DNA of 64,000 nt from the NCBI GenBank assembly GCA_043228905.1, contig JBHGNT010000034.1:186001-250000 (forward strand), in the 5' to 3' direction. The notes under the pieces were generated by a model. That model saw only the letters and a list, made by a program, of their open reading frames with translations. It was not told where the DNA came from and ran no database searches. The translations under genes and the position numbers were made by a program. Positions 25,780-40,469 of this stretch are shown in pieces; the first letter of the stretch is position 1, and each line of letters opens with the position of its first letter. The DNA comes from Azolla caroliniana. Lineage: Eukaryota; Plantae; Polypodiophyta.

Positions 25780-26950
25780 GCGAACATGTAGGAGTTCAGC
25801 TGATTAATGACCAAACAAAAGAGGATATGCAAAACCCCGTTAGAGCAATCGTCTCAATGCCACCTCGGCATGAACTCATGGTCAGATTCTAATGGTCTTA
25901 CATGTTTCCATTAGGAAACAGTAGGAGCTCAGTTGATTATATTCTTGGGACAAGAGAAAACTCCCAAACAATCAAAATCTTAACTGTCCTACCCCACCCA
26001 AATAGCTCCTTTCCATAATCCTTGCCAGCAAAATACCATCACAGGCACCTTCGCTCTTGTTACCAACCTTGCCCTTAAGCACAATTTCCACTTTGCCCAT
26101 GACCTGGCAAAAACTTATAATGAGGCACATGACCTCAACATTCATAGAAAATATTCCCATAATTGTTGATGTGATGAGGACTGTCAAAAGCTTTCCCAAT
26201 AACTTTGTACAAATGAAAGCCTTGCAGAGGTTACACAAACAATAGTTCGCAAGCAAATACAAACTCTTACATGCCAAAAAAGGTGCACTTAGGACGAAGC
26301 ACAATATTGGGATTTATACCATCTCTTCATGACCAAAGACTAGTGTCTGGCAACATATAAGACAATCCCAAAACCTAACCCCAATCATTAATTCCACAGC
26401 AATGGCATTCTCATGTAGAACGCTTGTATTATGTCACCACCAACCAATTTTATAACCATCAAAGACTCAGCCTCTACTTCATTTGAGAAACGGTTGAAAA
26501 GGTTGAGAAGTCCTCCGCCTTAAGGGCTTTGTGCAGCAAACTCCTCTGGCCGACGATCTGAAGAATAGTAGGTCCTGCTTAACCTCAGACATAGTTGAGA
26601 ATGCTATACAGCACCTTTTAAGATGGATGATCCTCTGACACTTGACTACCAAACACACTTGACAAAGTTGAGAATGCAAACACCTCATAGCAGTAAGCAC
26701 CTTTGCCGCTATCCAGAAAACTGCCCATCCAGACCAAAAGAGATACCAGAATCTTATGGCACAACAGTCTTTACATGCCATCCAAGCAGCTGAAACCCAT
26801 CAAGAGGACACTACTCAGAGCCAACCATAATTAAGGAACTGGAGTTTGAGACTGGTGCATTGAAATAGCTGATGAGCCAACCATTCATCACCATAAGATG
26901 AATGTATAAGCATTAATAATTTTCGGCATAAACAATCTCAAGTCCATTCA
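25780..26950 (-). mobile_element. Highly degenerate LINE ORF2 remnant
   Basis: Weak post-RT motifs (…SYLGGVGQLRF resembling PKxxGGLGI); heavily decayed. Confidence 0.35.
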
Positions 26951-28624
26951 TAGTATGAAATAGCAAGTCACCAGCACCCTGCCCGAGGACCTCAAGACAA
27001 TCAATATGAAAGGTATGCCGACCAGTACACGGCGTAAAAGAGTTTTTGATCTTTGATTTTGGAGATTTTTGGTCTATGAAATCAACATGGATAGCTTGTG
27101 AAACTTTTCGTCGCTAGCAATTTGTGTAATTTGAAGTTTCTAGTATGTTCAAAACACACTTTGGAATTTCTAGTGGCTGAAATTTTCAGTTGCTGAAATT
27201 TTCATGGTGGCCCAAATCTGAGATGGAACGATGTTTGGAATGATCTGACTTTTTGTTTTACATTGGGAAGACGATTTGTGTGTGCTTTAATTTTAATGGT
27301 GGAAAATGTTAATGCCAGCTTTAGAGAGAGGAAGAAAAAGACAAACAACACAAAAAGCATGTGCAGAGATTGGAGAATACAGGGAATGTGAGATGAGAAG
27401 AGAGGCCTATCGCATGGTTAATGATGACAATCATGCAAGAGAGCGTAAAGGTAGGGTAGTCCTTGGGGGTGAAGTTACAGCCTAATGTAAGGTAATAACA
27501 CTTTTCGCACTGCATAATTAAAATCCAAGGGCTCGGTCTTTGGTGCTATGTGAGGTTTTAATCCTCCTAGATTAAATGCTGAGCGAGATTAAGTTGGGTT
27601 TAGAGTTTAGGGCTTAGGGAGTTCCATCTTCTGTTCTGGTTTCATGGTGGCCAACTGCTAAGCTTGGTCCAATATAATTATAGAAACAAAAAGCCTTTAT
27701 ATAGAGACTAATTATGGGCATTGATGATCCATAGCGTTAAAGTTCAACCAAGTTATAGGGAGGCATTTATCCTACAGTGTGAGATGTGATTGGCCTGCCC
27801 ATACAACATCCCATTAACTTCAGGTGGAGACTGCTTGACAATTTGTCAATGGCATGTGCTAGTTGACTGTGTTCCTCGTAAGCAATGGTGAGCCTTGATG
27901 TCTCAGACATAAAGCATTACACATGCAGAGCTAAGCTAGCCTACCAAGGCATCAAAACAGAAATGCTATCCAGTTCTATAAGTCCGGCTCTGTAGTGTTT
28001 ATGAGAGCCCCAGACCACGAATAGTTATGAATCTTCCTACAATCCCATGTCCCATCCTCAGGAAATATGGTGTGGGCTTGCCTTTCTTTTCATATGCCGA
28101 CTTGAACACAGGCTATCTTTCATGGGAAGCTGTATTTTCACTATGGCAAAGACTGGTGTTCATCCATCCCCCACGAGGGAGACTGCTTGCACCCTGCCTT
28201 AGATTGCAACTTTCATATATTCATGAGGGGGAATCACTATTTTGCTGAGATTCAATGAAAGACTTTTTCTGTTCATTGGATTTTCGGTAAGTTCTTTCCT
28301 CAGAAAAAGCGAAAATAATTGATAAAATATATAATAATTCAAACAACGAAATAACTCTATAAAGATGACAATGCCTATATGTTTGCATATTTCAATTTAG
28401 ACACATGAGTCTAAATTTTACTTTGCACATGTCACATTGTGGTTACTAAAAACTTCACACACTTTCATATTTGCTTCAAATATGATAATATAGAAAAAAA
28501 GATAATAATTTCAATGACCCTAAAATATTACACCTTCTTTATGTGATTGTAGTACAAAGAAAAAAACACAACCAAAATAGTCAAAAATTAAGCTTAATAT
28601 CATAAAAAAGTAAGCATTAAAAAC

Positions 28625-30532
28625 CTACATCTTCGCAAGTTTTTCTTTATATTCAATAATTTGACCACGGAGAATGTGGTTTGGGCGTAAAGTCTTGTCC
28701 ACACCTGCACCTCCAGGAGGTGGAGGTAGCACCTCTCCAGTCTTGGGACTCGTATCATGACTCCTGAGAATCAAAGAGAAATTGCAAATAGTTTCGTAAA
28801 AGTGCAACATGAAACCCTTAAAAAGCCAAACATATTAGAATTGTGATTATTCTTGTCTATTACATAATTGCAAGTAGTTTTGGAAAGTTAAAGAAACAAA
28901 TAATGGAATTTTGGAGTCTCCAACGTACTTCAAAGCAAATTTTCTTCGGTTTTTAACATATTAAAATCTTTGTACTATGAAACCGTGAACCATTCCTTCA
29001 TGGAATTAAAAGCAATGTTCCGTAGACTACAAAATTTCATAAATTTAAATAACTAAAGAGGTTTCTACTGCGCTAAAACATGGGTATACATGCAGTATAG
29101 AAGACCATAAACATTTGACTGTCTGCAAACTATAAACTATTATTCTTGTTTGATCTTATAGTACATTTTGGTCTCTTCAAATCGTTAATATACCTTTCTT
29201 TCTTTCTACTACCCTATGCATTCAAATGGTAATCCTCATAAGCAATCATGGAGTTCACATGGAATATTTTACACAGCAATCCCTTTCTTTTAAGTTCCAT
29301 GCAGAACGCAGACATTACTTACCTATTCGAAGCTGTATGAACATTATTTTTTATCGTATCGAAAATTCACTCTAAGTACTTATATGTAAAAAGGACTGTT
29401 ATGCAATAGGCTTGACTGAGGCAAAAACATTGCTACATTCCAACTACGATAGAAGCATCTGCCTATCCAGAAGCAGTTATTAAATACACACCGCATCTCA
29501 CCAAAAATTGCATTAACACAAACCACCATACAAAGCAAGAAAATTCTAGATAAGGTTCAGAAAATATTGTTAAAAAAACAGTAGCTAAAGAACAATCTCA
29601 TAGACACTTACTTCAGCCATTTTTCAATCGCTGATCGTTCATATGAATGGCCATCAGCTGTAATTACAGGATCTTGCATTATTTCCTGCGTAATACAATC
29701 AACAAATTCTGGAGGCACTTTGTGAAGATTATCTGCATCATCCCATATTTGAACTGCAGATTTTAACACGTGATAAAAGTAGCCTTCAGAAGGATTCTCT
29801 TTCTTCTGCGGAGAAAGTGAAAGAGACTCTGGTGATATTATTTCAGAATCGAACAGAGATTGAACTGTGCTTATATGTGATAATTGCAATCGCTCAAAAT
29901 GGTCTTCATGTTCAATCGACTCATGAAGCTTTGTATCATGGAATGCCATATTCCAAGGCTGTTGCTCATTTGACATACTATTCAATCCGTCCACTGCAAC
30001 TGTCGAAAAATCCCAAATGAAATTTTCATCCTTCTCATTAATAAAGTCTAGACTACCCATCTTCACAGCATCAGATGTTGGAGATATGATTGGCATATCT
30101 GATGCAGTATCACAAACAGATAATGAAATAGGGGAGACAGGATTGCATTTCACTGCACCATTTTCAACAGCTTCTGAGAGACATGTAGATCCCATCGACA
30201 TACTATTGTATAATGAGTGTCCATCCTGTGAAATTGACCTTGGCTGCAGGGGAGAACCTGATGAATTTTGAGCATAGAAAGGTGGAGGAGAAGACGTTAT
30301 ACACAATCCTGAGATAGGACACGTTTGGAACGTGGCATGTCGAGCAGATTCAAAATAGGTACAGTCAGGCAGAAACGAAGACTTGATCTCAGACTGTGGA
30401 ATCTGTTCTAGCTGATTCGGATAATCCAAGGGCGGAAAAATTGTTGGAGTTGAAAATAGTTGATGAAGAGATGCTGCATGCTCTGTTGGTGGGGGTGCTA
30501 TTGGTGGCTGAATGGCAGAACCCCTTGCCTGC

Positions 30533-30611
<79 letters not shown>

Positions 30612-33600
30612 AACATATGAAAATATTTGAGTGCGAGTTCATTGAAGACATCAAACAACCATATGTGAGCATAGACCTTACACAAGCACCCATGTACTTT
30701 AAGATGCTTGAGGATTTGGTAGAAATGACAAAGTTACAACATGGTGCAACACTAGAATTCGAACAAGTTGCCTAAGTTCATAAAGAAAGTAGGCATTGAA
30801 GGAATTGTCATCAATGATGTAGTCATCATGCTTTTGTTATATGCAAATGATGTGAGTCTTTTTGCAAATAGTTTACAAGATGCCCAAAAGCTTAACGGAA
30901 TATTAGGCATACTAAGCTACATGACGATAGCTTTAAAACAAAGATTAGGCCAAAATAAGGATAAACCATGCTTTATGTACAATAATACGCCACTTGAAAT
31001 TGTGGAAAGCTTTTAATATCTTGTCCTTGGAGTTCCCTCAAACATAGATGGAATGAATATGCTACCCACCACTTAAGAGGCAAGAAAGAGAGCATATTAT
31101 GCAATTGAGAATACATGTAGCTGTTGAAAAATTAGGTCCTCAAGAGATCCCTTTTCAACACTTTGCTAACATTGAGCTTTCCTATGGGATGAAAGTATGG
31201 GGCATTGGCATCCCTAAGTCCACTTGGAAAGAGTTTGAAAATGTCCAAAAGCATTTTCTTAGAGTGTTTATATAAGTCAAGTTACAAACGTGACATGCCC
31301 TCCTGTTTCTTGAGAAGGGTTGTTACGTATTTGGTTAAGGTTCAAAAAAGTCCCGTATGCCGACCTCCTAGAATCACATTGGAAGTAACCAAAAAGATCC
31401 AAAAGACACATAAAAACGAAACTTTGTATTCTATTTTGGTACAAGGTTGGGAAGATGGGATGCAGCCAATTGCTTCATGATACATCAATAGATTCTTTGT
31501 GAATGAGGCCTATCGCAAGACCAAAGTATCATGATATATGGGAAAAATACAAAAGCTCACACTTCACACATTATACTACATATGTTGCACCTATCTGCAA
31601 AAGCATATTCTTTGCCTAGGGAAACTCTACCTCCTTAAAGAATGTGCTTGATGTACCCCTTAATTTCTATGTTACTTGATCATATGGTAGAGATTCAAGA
31701 TCTCTGGGTTGTGTCTTACTTGTGGATTGCAGGTGGATTGAGCTTGTTGGCCATGGTTTGGCAAATTTACTAATAGTCTAGGGTAGCCTTTTATTTGAAT
31801 GCTCTAGGATTATGCTCAGTCGAGCAACTCATAACCATAATAAGTAAGAATGATTCCATGTGAACCTCATCATTTTGGAATCCAAGGGGAATTATTATTT
31901 CAAAATCTAGAAGTCTACCTAGCATCAGCAGTCTACTAGTTCATTCAAGAATGAACGAAATATAGAAAGAAGAGAAATGGACAATGATAAATATTACTTT
32001 GTAACAAGTGGAGATAATATCAACAGCTAGGTCAACATCTACACCTAGATTTAAAGCTACCCCCATCATCCCCTTCACTTTAACTTTCAATAGTTTACTG
32101 TGTTAAAAGAAGCACAAAACTTTGTTGCTAATCCTTTCCATACAAAGGTCATAACATTGCTATAAAGTTCACTTACAGGGGGTGGTGATTGATTTATGCC
32201 CACTGCTTTGTTATTGAAAATATTTGATCCTGACTTTGTGGTTTGATTCAGCCTTTCATCATTACCAACCATCATTTGTGACGACATTGTCACATTGTCA
32301 TCCTTAACAACTTCAGTTGGTTTTGTCCAAGCATTGGACTTTGACCATGGTGAATTTTTCCAGACAGACTCCTGACCAATCTTGGAGCTGAACCGTGACT
32401 TTTCAGGAGAAGTGGATGCACTTACTCCATAGACATCAGAATGTATCCGCCCTACAGGCTTCTCTGTTATGGAGATACCATTTTTCCCAACAAATGAACC
32501 ACCAGCTTTTAAGGATGGATTAGACCCATGCTTAGCAGCCTTCGTGAAATCAAACCTTGCCAAATAATCACTTGCAGACTTGGGTTTCAGTCCTTGATGC
32601 CTGAGGGTCTTTGAAACCTTCGCACTCTTCAACGATTCTGAAAGTTTTATCGACATACTTGTAAAATTGGTTTTTGAAGGAATTGATTCTTCACAGTCCT
32701 GTGCACCTACCCCAGAAACAGGGCAGGTTCCTTGATCTGCAGTTATTGGTTCAGTTTTCCCAACAATTCTTTCCTTCAACTTTTCTTTCCTTCGTCTTTC
32801 GGTCTCTCTAACCCTCCTCATTTCCCTCTCCTTTTCAGCTGCAGCTTCCTTTTCACTTTCTTTCTCAGTTTGTAATTTTTCCTCTCTCTGCCTTCTCCTT
32901 TCCTCGACCAGCCTTGTCACATCTTCCCGCTGCTTTCTCTCTTCTGCTTCTAGAAGCTCTTTCTCCAACCTTGCTTGCCTCTTTTCATCAGCCTTTCTGC
33001 GAGCTTTTTCACCCTTATCGGTGTGAATACTGCCCATCACATCCTTCAGTTTTTGGGAATGCTGAGAGCCATCACAGTTGTGCCTTCTTGACCCCCGAAC
33101 ATGATCCCATACAAATGCTATGCAGGAGAATATAGAACCTATCAGTGAAAATACTGCCAGAACACATTTCCACGCTCTGCAATGTTCAGATAGGTGAGTG
33201 TTTTCACCAAACCAAACACATCCTCTTCTCTCAGAAGCTTTGGACCAACAGCTCATTTCCCGTTTCAATGGGCCTCTGATCAAGATTGTTCCTGGACCAT
33301 GTATGACCTGTGCGGTAGAATAAATCGCAGATTGAGGCAGTCCTTGACCTGCCAAATGCGGAACCTCTAAGACTGGTCGTTTAGAAACATGCCCACAGAC
33401 AGTGCACGTGAATTTCCCACCACCAGGTGTCTGAACCTTATAGGCCGTGAAACAGTTTCTGCATCGGCGGGTCGCTTCTTTCCTCCATTTCGCTGCTTCT
33501 TGGGCCTCAATGAGCTTTCTCTCTCTCAACAGAGCATTTCTCCGTGCTCTCCAAGAAGACAACCATGGCATGAGCAGTTCATACCAAGCAAGGCTGCTTA

Positions 33601-33763
33601 GGAGTACCCCTAGGCAAGCCAATCGGGTTGAAGTTACCTCTAATCGGTATCCCGGAGGTAGTAACTGCGAGAAAGCCCAAGTGATGATGAAAGGGATGAC
33701 TAGCCATGGCAACATGGTCACAAATCGCCGTGACCACCTTGAAAGTACACAAAGTATGCACAT
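28625..33763 (-). CDS. Conserved plant TM/zinc-ribbon/coiled-coil protein (AT3G51640-like, 'NST1-like') with C-terminal U-box; 3 coding exons, ~880 aa
   Basis: Exons 33763-32177, 30528-29612, 28763-28625 join in frame with GT-AG introns. N-terminus MCILCV...MLPWLVIP...RRCRNC...GGGKFTCTVCGHVSKRP. U-box VPPEFVDCITQEIMQDPVITADGHSYERSAIEKWLK|SHDTSPKTGE...LRPNHILRGQI. Confidence 0.82.
30538..30611. repeat. (CT)n(CA)n microsatellite at intron 3' end
   Basis: About 30 CT units; source of the RERERE/SLSLSL ORF artefacts. Confidence 0.95.
30740..31500 (+). mobile_element. Intronic LINE RT remnant (RTE-like)
   Basis: LLLYANDVSLFA (YADD-like) and YNNTPLEIVESF*YL motifs. Confidence 0.65.
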
Positions 33764-34869
33764 TCTTCGGCCTTCTCTCGTACTGATCACCTACCGACCA
33801 ATCAATCGGAGGAGAGGAGATCGCTATACTGCTCACCCAAGCCAAACTCCAAACCTTCGGAAGTTCATTGCGCAGAAGATTTCCTGTGTTTCCTCGGAAT
33901 GGAAGAAAGACGCGATCAGGGGAAAAAAACAATGGAAGGAAGGAAGAACGAGAAATGGCGTAAGAAAAAACAATAGAAGAAAGCGCAGAGATAGAGATTG
34001 ACTGGCGAAACAGAGAAGAAGAAAACAGAAAGATAAAGAACCTGAAGCGATATTCGCTCCTTATTGTGTGCCCGAGGGATCGATTACCGGCCTCAATGCA
34101 GGAAATGGCGAGCTCTCTGATGCGGAAATGGAATTAGGGTTAAACCGTGCACAGAAAGAAAGGGGTGCTTTTTAAAGGGGATAGGTAGATAGTGTTGTAT
34201 CTGACGAAGATGATTTATTTGTGTGTTACATTATTTATGTATGTACATACATATACATACATACATATATGCTACCTTGATGGAGGAAACCATTTCGTTG
34301 TATCATTCTTAAGGTTGGTATCCGCTCCACTTGGATAAGTATGGCCGACCTTCGAAGAATTGTTCTTTTCTTCCCCCCCCCCCCCCCCCCCTAGGATAGT
34401 TTTCTTTACTGGTTATGGCAACCATCTAGTGCGGATTGGTCGTCAACTGTTCGCACTAGGCTTTGAGCTTGACTCAGAGCTTTGAGGTATTGTTTTTTCC
34501 GTTTCCTCTCGACAAGGATTTGATTACAACTTTTGAGAATCTAAGGGTAGGTGCGGAACTTGAAATCCAAATATGTTAATTTTAAAGCAATAGTCTGTTG
34601 ATATGTTGGGTTTTGCTTCCGCTCATTGCATCCTTAAATGTTTCACAACTATCAATGCTTCAATTCAAGCCCATTGCTCTAATTTCTCACAAAATGAAAT
34701 ATTGTCCACACCACATCACGACAGTGTACAAATCGAACATTGGAGCAATATCTACGATGTTTCATCAATTATCGACAAGATGATTGAGTTGATATATTAC
34801 ATTTTGCTGAATTTGAATATAATAATTCTATATATTTTTTATTCCTCTAGAAGGATTACACCATTTTAT

Positions 34870-35600
34870 GCATGAAGGTTACCATCCTCAATTGTGTTTA
34901 TTCGAAGCTCCCAATTTACCAATGAATCTTAGTGCTCGGAATCATTTAGATTCACTACAACAATTCAAGTAGAAGTTTCCAATCATCTACGTGAAGCTCA
35001 AAGGACACAAAAAGATAATGTAGATTGGCATCGACTTTCCATCTACTTTTGAATTTGGAGATCCAGTATGGTTATTACGACGTCATATAAAGACTATCAG
35101 ACCACATGCCAAATTGGATTATCAAAGGTTAGGCCCATTTGTCATTAGCTATGTGATAAAAAACTGTTACTGCATTTGTGAGACCGAATAGCATAATTGT
35201 ATACAAATATTGTGCATATCGAGTGTGGAAAGTTGTCTTCCACTCATCTTCTGATAGAATCCATACAAGGTTATATGTACCTCATAAATCGGTGCATACC
35301 TAATCTTGATAGTAACTTTATTCAAGACCCGGTAATCCACGACTAAACAAAGTGAATTGTCTTTTTTCTTTGCAAAGAAAATGGGTCCACCACATGGAGA
35401 TTTTGACTGTTGAATGAAACCACTTGTCAAGTTTTCCTCAATGTAAGATCGAAAAACCTCAAGCTCGATTGGTGACAAATTGTAGATTGGTCCCCATGGT
35501 GACTTATTTCCTGATTGTAAATCAACGGGACAATCACATGTTGGATGCTCTAGAAGCATATTAGCTTTCATAATCTTGATACTTTTTCGGAAATTGAATT
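34870..35600. mobile_element. Gypsy fragments in opposite orientations (integrase end on +, RT start on -)
   Basis: + strand KLDYQRLGPF (to ~35165); - strand PWGPIYNLS...SKSPCGGPIFFAKKKDNSLCLVVDYRVLNK (35167-35571). Confidence 0.8.
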
Positions 35601-35682
35601 TCTAATTTTACTTCAGCGACATTGGAAGGTTTCACTAATATTGCAACTAAGAACATTCTTTCCTTTCATCATTTTTGCGTAA

Positions 35683-38600
35683 TGTTGTAGCGAAATAATT
35701 GAAATCCTACGAGTAAATGCTCAAGATCGTGGTCGAGGGGATATGGAGGACATGGAGAGACTAGAGGATCGTGGTCGAGGGGGCCAAAGAGGTGGAAGAG
35801 GAGGTCACCAAGCAAACCTAATGGTAGCAAAAGAAGAGGAAGGAACTAAGGTGGTGTTCACCAAAGAGGATCAAGCTCTCTTAGATATACTTAGGAGGAA
35901 GCAAAAAGCCACAGATGATACTTCGTTCATGTCATGAGGTAACATTGCCATCTATGCTTATTCGGCCACAAGTACTAGAAACACAAATACTCTTGCCTCT
36001 ATACCAAAATGGACAATTGATTTCGGTGCATCTAGGCATGTGATGGGTAATGCTAGTGAATTCTCCTCGTATACTAACTTAGCAATGCCAAAAAGCATTC
36101 AAATTGCTGACGGTACAACACAACCTGTAGTGGGTACAGGTACAGTAAAATGTACTGACACTATGACATTGTCTAATGTGTTGCATGCTCCTTCTTTCCC
36201 AGTAAACCTATTATCCATACGTTTTATCATACACCAACTAAAATGTGTTGTTTCTTTTGATATTCCTAAGATGATATTCCAGGAGAAAGGGATAGGTCGG
36301 AGACTTGGGACTAGCACATGACATAGTGGACTATGGTATTTGGATCGTGAAGGGTTGGATTCAGCATTGGCATATCGTAGAGGGAACATATATAAGGGGA
36401 TCTAAAATGAGTTATGAGGAGTTGTTGATACTTTACCACCAACGTATGGAACATACCTCTGATGGCGTTTTGAGTGTGTATCCACACCTTTTTGAAAAGG
36501 TTGATAAAACAAATCTTGTTTGTGATGCATGTGAATTTGGTAAGCTTATTAAAGGCTCATATGCTAGTTCAGGTCACATGAGTTCCCGTGCATTTGATGT
36601 AATACACTCCGATGTTTGGGGACCATGTTCCATAAGTTCTATTAATGGATATCGATATTTTGTCTCTTTCATTGACTGCTTCTCTCGTGTGACTTGGTTA
36701 TATTTGATGAGGAAAAAGAATGAAGTGTTTGCTTGTTTTAAAAGATTTTCATAGAGTAGTTCAAACTCAATATGGTGTAGTAGTAAGAGTGTTGAGGTCT
36801 GATAATGGAACAGAGTATGTTAACATCACATTTAGGGCATATCTCTCAGATCAAGGAATACAACATCAAACTACATGCCCATATACACCAGAACAAAATG
36901 GAGTAGCGGAGAGGAAGAATAAACATCTTCTAGAGGTAACAAGAAGCATGATGATTTCTATGAATGTCCCAAAACAATTGTGGGGACAAACAATTTTGAC
37001 GATTGCTGCATTGATCAATAGAATGGCCTCTAGAGTATTGGAGTGGAAGTTTCCATGTGAGTTTTTGCAAGGCAATAACTCTGGAATCCTTCCTTTGAAG
37101 GTGTTTGGATGTGTGTGTTTTGTAAAGGACAGTAGACCATCTATAGGAAAACTTGATCCAAGAGCTGTGAAACGTGTATTTGTGGGATACTCTGCCACAC
37201 AAAAAGGCTATGTTTGTTGGAGTTCAGTAGAGAAAAGATTATTTGTGAGCATGGATGTTCATTTCAGAGAGTCAAAGCCATATTATAAACAAGAGGTAAC
37301 TTCACCCTTTGATGACTTAATTGAGACTAAAAATATGGGGGAAGGAGATAATGGTGAGAGGTTGCTAAAAATAGGATCAATTCTTTGTTGATCCCTACAT
37401 CAGTTGAGAAACAAGTGAGCATAGGAGATAAGGAAGAAGAAGGAAAAGAAGACGTGGAACCTATATGTGTTGGGACTCAAGTTGAGGGGGAGCTAAAGGT
37501 GTATACAAGGAAGAGGGGGCAAAAAGAAGGAAATATGAACACGTATTCAGTGCCACTTGTGCCATCAAGTTCCATGTCCCGACTTGCCTCAATTTCTGAA
37601 ATACCTACAGAACTCCCAAACCCAGAAATCACAGGTGATATGATTTCCTCTCCTTCTCCTATAGAGATTAGGAGGACCTCTCGTAGTAATGCAGGAGTCC
37701 CTCCTAATCGTTATGGTTTTCCTCATGATATTGCTCAGTTTATCTCTTATTCTAACATATCAGTTACACATAGAGCGTTCACTGCATCATTAGACTTTGT
37801 CAGTTTACTGCGCAACTAAAGGGGAAATTGGGTAAAGAGTTTGGCGTGAAGGATCTAGGATTGGTACGATACTTTCTTGGAATTGAGGTAGCTCGTGGAG
37901 CAGAAGGAGTTGTTCTATCTCAACGAAAATATGTATTAGATCTTCTCATAGAAACTGGAATGTTGGGTTGTAGGCCCATAGCTTCTCCAATCGACCAAAA
38001 GATTAAGCTAACTGAACTTGCAGGAGAGAAATTTGATCATGAAAGGTATCAAAGATTGATAGGTTGGCTGATTTATTGGACTCACACCTGTCCAAATATT
38101 TCATTTGTAGTAAGTGTGGTAAGTCGCGACATGCATGATACGAGGAAAGATCATATGGATGTAGAGTACCATATTCTGTGATATCTCAAAGGTGCCCCGG
38201 TGAAGGGGTTGATCTTTAGAAAACATAGTCATTTTAACATTGAGGGCTATTGTGATTTTGATTGGGCCAGTTGTGTTGATGATAGGAAATCCACATCAGG
38301 ATACTGCATGTTTGTTGGGGGCAATCCGGTCTCCTGGAAGAGTAAGAAACAATTAGTAGTAGCAAGGTCAACAGTCGAATTAGAGTATAGAGGTATTGTT
38401 GTAGGAGTTGCAAATATGTTATGGCTAAGAACTCTCCTAGTAGAACTAAAGGTGAATCAAAAAAATCAGATGATGTTGTGGTGTGACAATAAGTCGGCAA
38501 TCAACATTGCCAACAATCCGGTACAACATGATAGGACCAAGCACATCGAAATCGATAGATTCTTTGTCAAGGAGAAGCTTGATAATGGAATATTAAAATT

Positions 38601-38884
38601 GAGTCATGTTTCTACTGAACATCAAGTAGCAGATTGTCTTACAAAGGGACCTGGGCCAGTAAGTCTTACTAGATTGTGCGACAAGATGGGCTTAGTGGAT
38701 ATTTTTCACCCATCTCGAGGGGGAGTGTTGAATGATTAAAAGTTATAACGGTTAGCCCAACAGCCAGATCTTGGCCTTTATAAAGAGGAACTTTCTCCTC
38801 ATGTAAATATGAGCGATCTTTGTATTTTCTCCATCCTGTTGTGACATACCAATGTATATTATATAAACAAATGTGCCTTCTCAT
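35683..38884 (+). mobile_element. Degenerate Ty1/copia element with internal RT deletion and 3' LTR
   Basis: WTIDFGAS protease; IHSDVWGP...RSDNGTEY...EQNGVAERKN integrase; jump at ~37820 straight to VKDLG (N-terminal RT missing); RNase H KHIEIDRFF; PPT GAGGGGGAG then TGTTG at 38726. Confidence 0.9.
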
Positions 38885-39535
38885 TTTTCAATTGTATGAA
38901 GTTGCTACTATTTGTGATTCCAATCTTGTTTGCAACAAGCTATATCATTTGGCGGATTGGTTATGGTATTGTCTGAGTAACCACAATTGGAAATCGAAAG
39001 AGAATGTTGCAAATGCTCGAGCCCTTGTCGAGGAATTTCATTAACAATATCCAGACAAACCAAGTTCTCAACTAAAAACGACTTGTAATACTCGTTGTTC
39101 AAAGCGGGGGATAATTTCATGATATGGCCCCAAACAAGATTTAAACCCGTGACCTTACACAATACATTGGTTAAGGCTTTACTATTAGGATAAATATCGT
39201 AATACCTATGATATTTTATTTATTTGTTATTTCTCGTAAGTTCTAGAACTTTTTGGACTAATGAATAAAATTCCTGAATATTTTGGAACTTTCTACTCTT
39301 TAAGGTCCTATAAATAAAATCATATTGTACTATTCAAACCAATTCGGTTAAACGTTAGTCTTAAGCCTCTAAGTTGTTCCTATCTTTGTACTCCTTTTCT
39401 ATAATAGTTTTTCCTTTTATCATACTCTCTCTCTCTCTCTTGTGTTTCTCTCTCACACTTTCTCTCCTCTTTGTCCCATTAGTTAGAGACTAGTTGTCAT
39501 TACCCGAGATTCCTCTAGTTATATTGTATGTCATA
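38885..39535 (+). mobile_element. Gypsy chromodomain, PPT and probable LTR remnant
   Basis: YEVATICDSNLVCNKLYHLADWLWY chromodomain; AAAGCGGGGGATAA PPT at ~39101; LTR end approximate. Confidence 0.65.
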
Positions 39536-39539
39536 TTGA

Positions 39540-40035
39540 AATTTACATGCCCTTGATTTCCCAACATTGGTCAACCATTGAGAACATGGGTAATGATGAA
39601 GTATTGAATGTTACATGTTTTGCTAACACCCATACCTTGTGTATGACACAAAGGACTTAAGGAAACCACTATTCAAATGTAATGGTAATGACCACACGCT
39701 CATTGTCGTAGACATGTTAGTCGACAATTATTGTGAAGTTCCTTTGGTAGAAGGTGACATGGTGAATGATGCACATGGAATCAAGTTGTGAGAAATATAG
39801 ATCTGAGGACAATGTTGGTGGCATCAATTCCAACAATCTAGGTCGTGTGAGTTTCTAGAGGTACTAATATTAGAATGCTGATGAAGGGTGTGTTTAGTTT
39901 ATCAAAGTCATATCGCATTTTGGTGGTCCAAAGAACAACTACAGAGCGGTTCTTGCACGTTAAATGCGTGAGTGGAGTGGTGATTATACAGTAGTTGTTG
40001 ACAAGGTGCCGATAAAAGTTTTTTTTTACCATAAA
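39540..40035 (-). mobile_element. Gypsy RT-connection/RNase H remnant
   Basis: NFYRHLVNNYCIITTPLTHLTCKN resembles FYRRFIxxYSxIxxPLTxLTxK. Confidence 0.6.
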
Positions 40036-40099
40036 ACATATGCTCCATTGGTATTAATAAAAAGCCCGGAGGCAGTATACAAATAGTACATAATATTGT

Positions 40100-40420
40100 T
40101 TCATCTCCACCAGTATATCTGAAGTGATTCTAGCATTTGTAAAAACTGTTGGGAAAAAAAACAGCCATAAAACACAACATTGATTCCAGTGATCTGCTGC
40201 AGAAAACAAAATTTTGGGCTCTTAGAACAGAACTCCATAGAAAACTTATATTTCACATGATATTCCATGTCCTCCGTCTTTCCAATCATATGTGTCAGGT
40301 GTGGAGTTGTAAGAAGATTCACCATCCCAACAGAAACAGTTGCAAACAGATCTGAACTGATTCCAGCATTTGTAAAAACTGTTGGGGAGAAAAACAGACC
40401 ATGAAAATGAAATGTACTAT
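40100..40420 (-). pseudogene. Duplicated fragment of an MFS sugar-porter (monosaccharide transporter) gene
   Basis: FLQQITGINVVFY (QQxxGIN signature) and, in a second copy, FFSPTVFTNAGISSDLFATVSVGMVNLLT; frameshifted, no other exons seen. Confidence 0.75.
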
Positions 40421-40469
40421 ACTAATCTCCACCTCTCACCCCATTTGCTTCGATCCCCACAACTTATTC

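Noticed and set aside
30529-30693. RERERE N-terminus of the 361-aa ORF
   Set aside because: Intronic microsatellite upstream of the AG acceptor at 30529-30530.
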